A DNA stretch of 63,979 bases, the filler included, from Octopus bimaculoides (taxonomy: Eukaryota): the NCBI RefSeq assembly GCF_001194135.2. It is 4 parts of 4 records of this genome, joined end to end, with 100 filler letters (N's around TTAATTAATTAA, not from the genome) between each part and the next. Parts side by side here need not be neighbours in the genome. Positions count along the whole stretch, not along the records: positions 61,862 to 63,979 come from NW_026369289.1; 3 more parts are not named here. One strand, given 5' to 3'. The notes beneath the pieces were generated by a model. That model was not told the origin of the DNA. It saw only the letters and a program-made list of their open reading frames with translations, and ran no database searches. Positions 62,309 through 63,979 of this stretch are shown here, in pieces. Each line of letters begins with the position of its first letter. The first letter of the stretch is position 1. The translations under genes and the position numbers were made by a program.

Positions 62309-63979
62309 GTAAGTTTAGTAGTATTAGCGCTATTTTCATATCACTTAATTGAATAACATGATACAGATCTTATATATTCAGCATGCTTCATCATCCTGCA
62401 ATAGTTTTAGATTTCTTCGATAGTGTGGTTTTTTATTGCATTGTGTGTATTTTTGTTGTAAGTGCTATTATATATAATTATGCGTACGTGTACATGAACA
62501 CACATGCCTGAAATGTTGGTTCCATTCTGTAAATTAACATCACATTAAAAAAAGAAATGTGAATCACGATGTGTTAATTTTATAAGAAGGCAGAGAATGA
62601 CTTAAAACAACAGAAAATATATATGAATTGATAACAATGATTAATCAATTTCAGGTAGAAGACAGGGAAGTTTTTATCAATTGCTACATACTTTTAAGAA
62701 AATATATAACTAATAATATGAATTTTAAATATCATAAAAAATTTAATTTTGTAATATTTCAAAATGGATACCTTTTGTTATAAAAATAAACCTAAAATGC
62801 AGATGATGTTAACATAGTTAACATGTTCCTGTTTATAGCATTTATGTGATAGATTTTATATTTTGATACCAAATACTAAACTTTATTCTNNNNNNNNNNN
62901 NNNNNNNNNNNNNNNNNNNNNNNNNNNNNNNNNNNNNNNNNNNNNNNNNNNNNNNNNNNNNNNNNNNNNNNNNNNNNNNNNNNNNNNNNNNNNNNNNNNN
63001 NNNNNNNNNNNNNNNNNNNNNNNNNNNNNNNNNNNNNNNNNNNNNNNNNNNNNNNNNNNNNNNNNNNNNNNNNNNNNNNNNNNNNNNNNNNNNNNNNNNN
63101 NNNNNNNNNNNNNNNNNNNNNNNNNNNNNNNNNNNNNNNNNNNNNNNNNNNNNNNNNNNNNNNNNNNNNNNNNNNNNNNNNNNNNNNNNNNNNNNNNNNN
63201 NNNNNNNNNNNNNNNNNNNNNNNNNNNNNNNNNNNNNNNNNNNNNNNNNNNNNNNNNNNNNNNNNNNNNNNNNNNNNNNNNNNNNNNNNNNNNNNNNNNN
63301 NNNNNNNNNNNNNNNNNNNNNNNNNNNNNNNNNNNNNNNNNNNNNNNNNNNNNNNNNNNNNNNNNNNNNNNNNNNNNNNNACAAATAGACACTCCGAGGT
63401 GATCACATCATATAAACATAGAAGCAAAACATCGCTTCTGAAATTTAGAAAACTATGCATTTTGAAAGAGAATACCATCCGCCGTCCTTAGCATATTAGA
63501 GAACAAGGAAAGAACGCAAAACAAATAAACCAATGTTTAGGAGGTTAAACNNNNNNNNNNNNNNNNNNNNNNNNNNNNNNNNNNNNNNNNNNNNNNNNNN
63601 NNNNNNNNNNNNNNNNNNTTCCAGCAACGAACTCCAACAGCTGATGGCTGTAGTGGCTGTACCGACTGAGCCGTTTACTTCGGACTTCATTGAAGATAGT
63701 GATGCCTTAAATGAGATCGAACAAAGGAATGTACGGACTGGATAGCAAAATAAGTCCAGCATCACCACACACCCACCTCCATCTCCATATAACTACTACT
63801 CCTCCTTCTCTTTCCATCACTTCCCCCCAGAAATCCACACATTCGCTAAAAGGGATAAACAGCCCTTTGTTAAGCATCTATTAATGTTATATTATCTAAA
63901 ACAATGAATCTATGAAGGTGATCTACCCGAGACCCGCGGATATTACCGAACACACTGTAATTATGTCAGGAATACAGAC

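Noticed and set aside
498-63478. Long ORFs in the track that are filled with X
   Set aside because: They run through N gaps and microsatellites, so they are not evidence of coding.
63905-63945. Third hammerhead-like string (CTATGA...GAGAC-CCGCGG-ATA)
   Set aside because: It needs a deletion and a substitution in invariant core positions, and stem I does not pair.

Overview
This is AT-rich, repeat-dominated eukaryotic genomic DNA. The SINE and RTE families and the (TA)n/(CA)n/(ATT)n load look like a coleoid cephalopod, most likely Octopus; that call comes from recalling repeat families, not from a search. Three identical 100-bp linkers (44N-TTAATTAATTAA-44N at 29351, 59361 and 61762) split the window into four pieces whose adjacency is not shown by the sequence. 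The one confidently identified host gene is IWS1/Spn1 on the minus strand. Its last seven coding exons (53258 down to the stop at 38572) splice in frame to 216 aa covering the TFIIS-N domain and the conserved C-terminus; the ORF track mostly misses them. The IWS1 introns hold a decayed full-length Gypsy element and hAT, mariner, RTE, HERO and Penelope remnants. The rest of the window is RTE LINEs and their tails, three SINE families, a Helitron-like element, MITEs, a second Gypsy and low-confidence candidate small exons. The most unusual observations are: Penelope-type minimal hammerhead ribozyme motifs; two recent locally templated insertions (a 136-bp inverted copy and a 67-bp direct copy with a snap-back palindrome); conserved-stem hairpin arrays in a young RTE 3' UTR; a PHD finger inside RTE reverse transcriptase; and (TTA)n arrays acting as landing sites for SINEs and a Dong/R4 element. 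I cannot support a wholly new gene system from this sequence alone.
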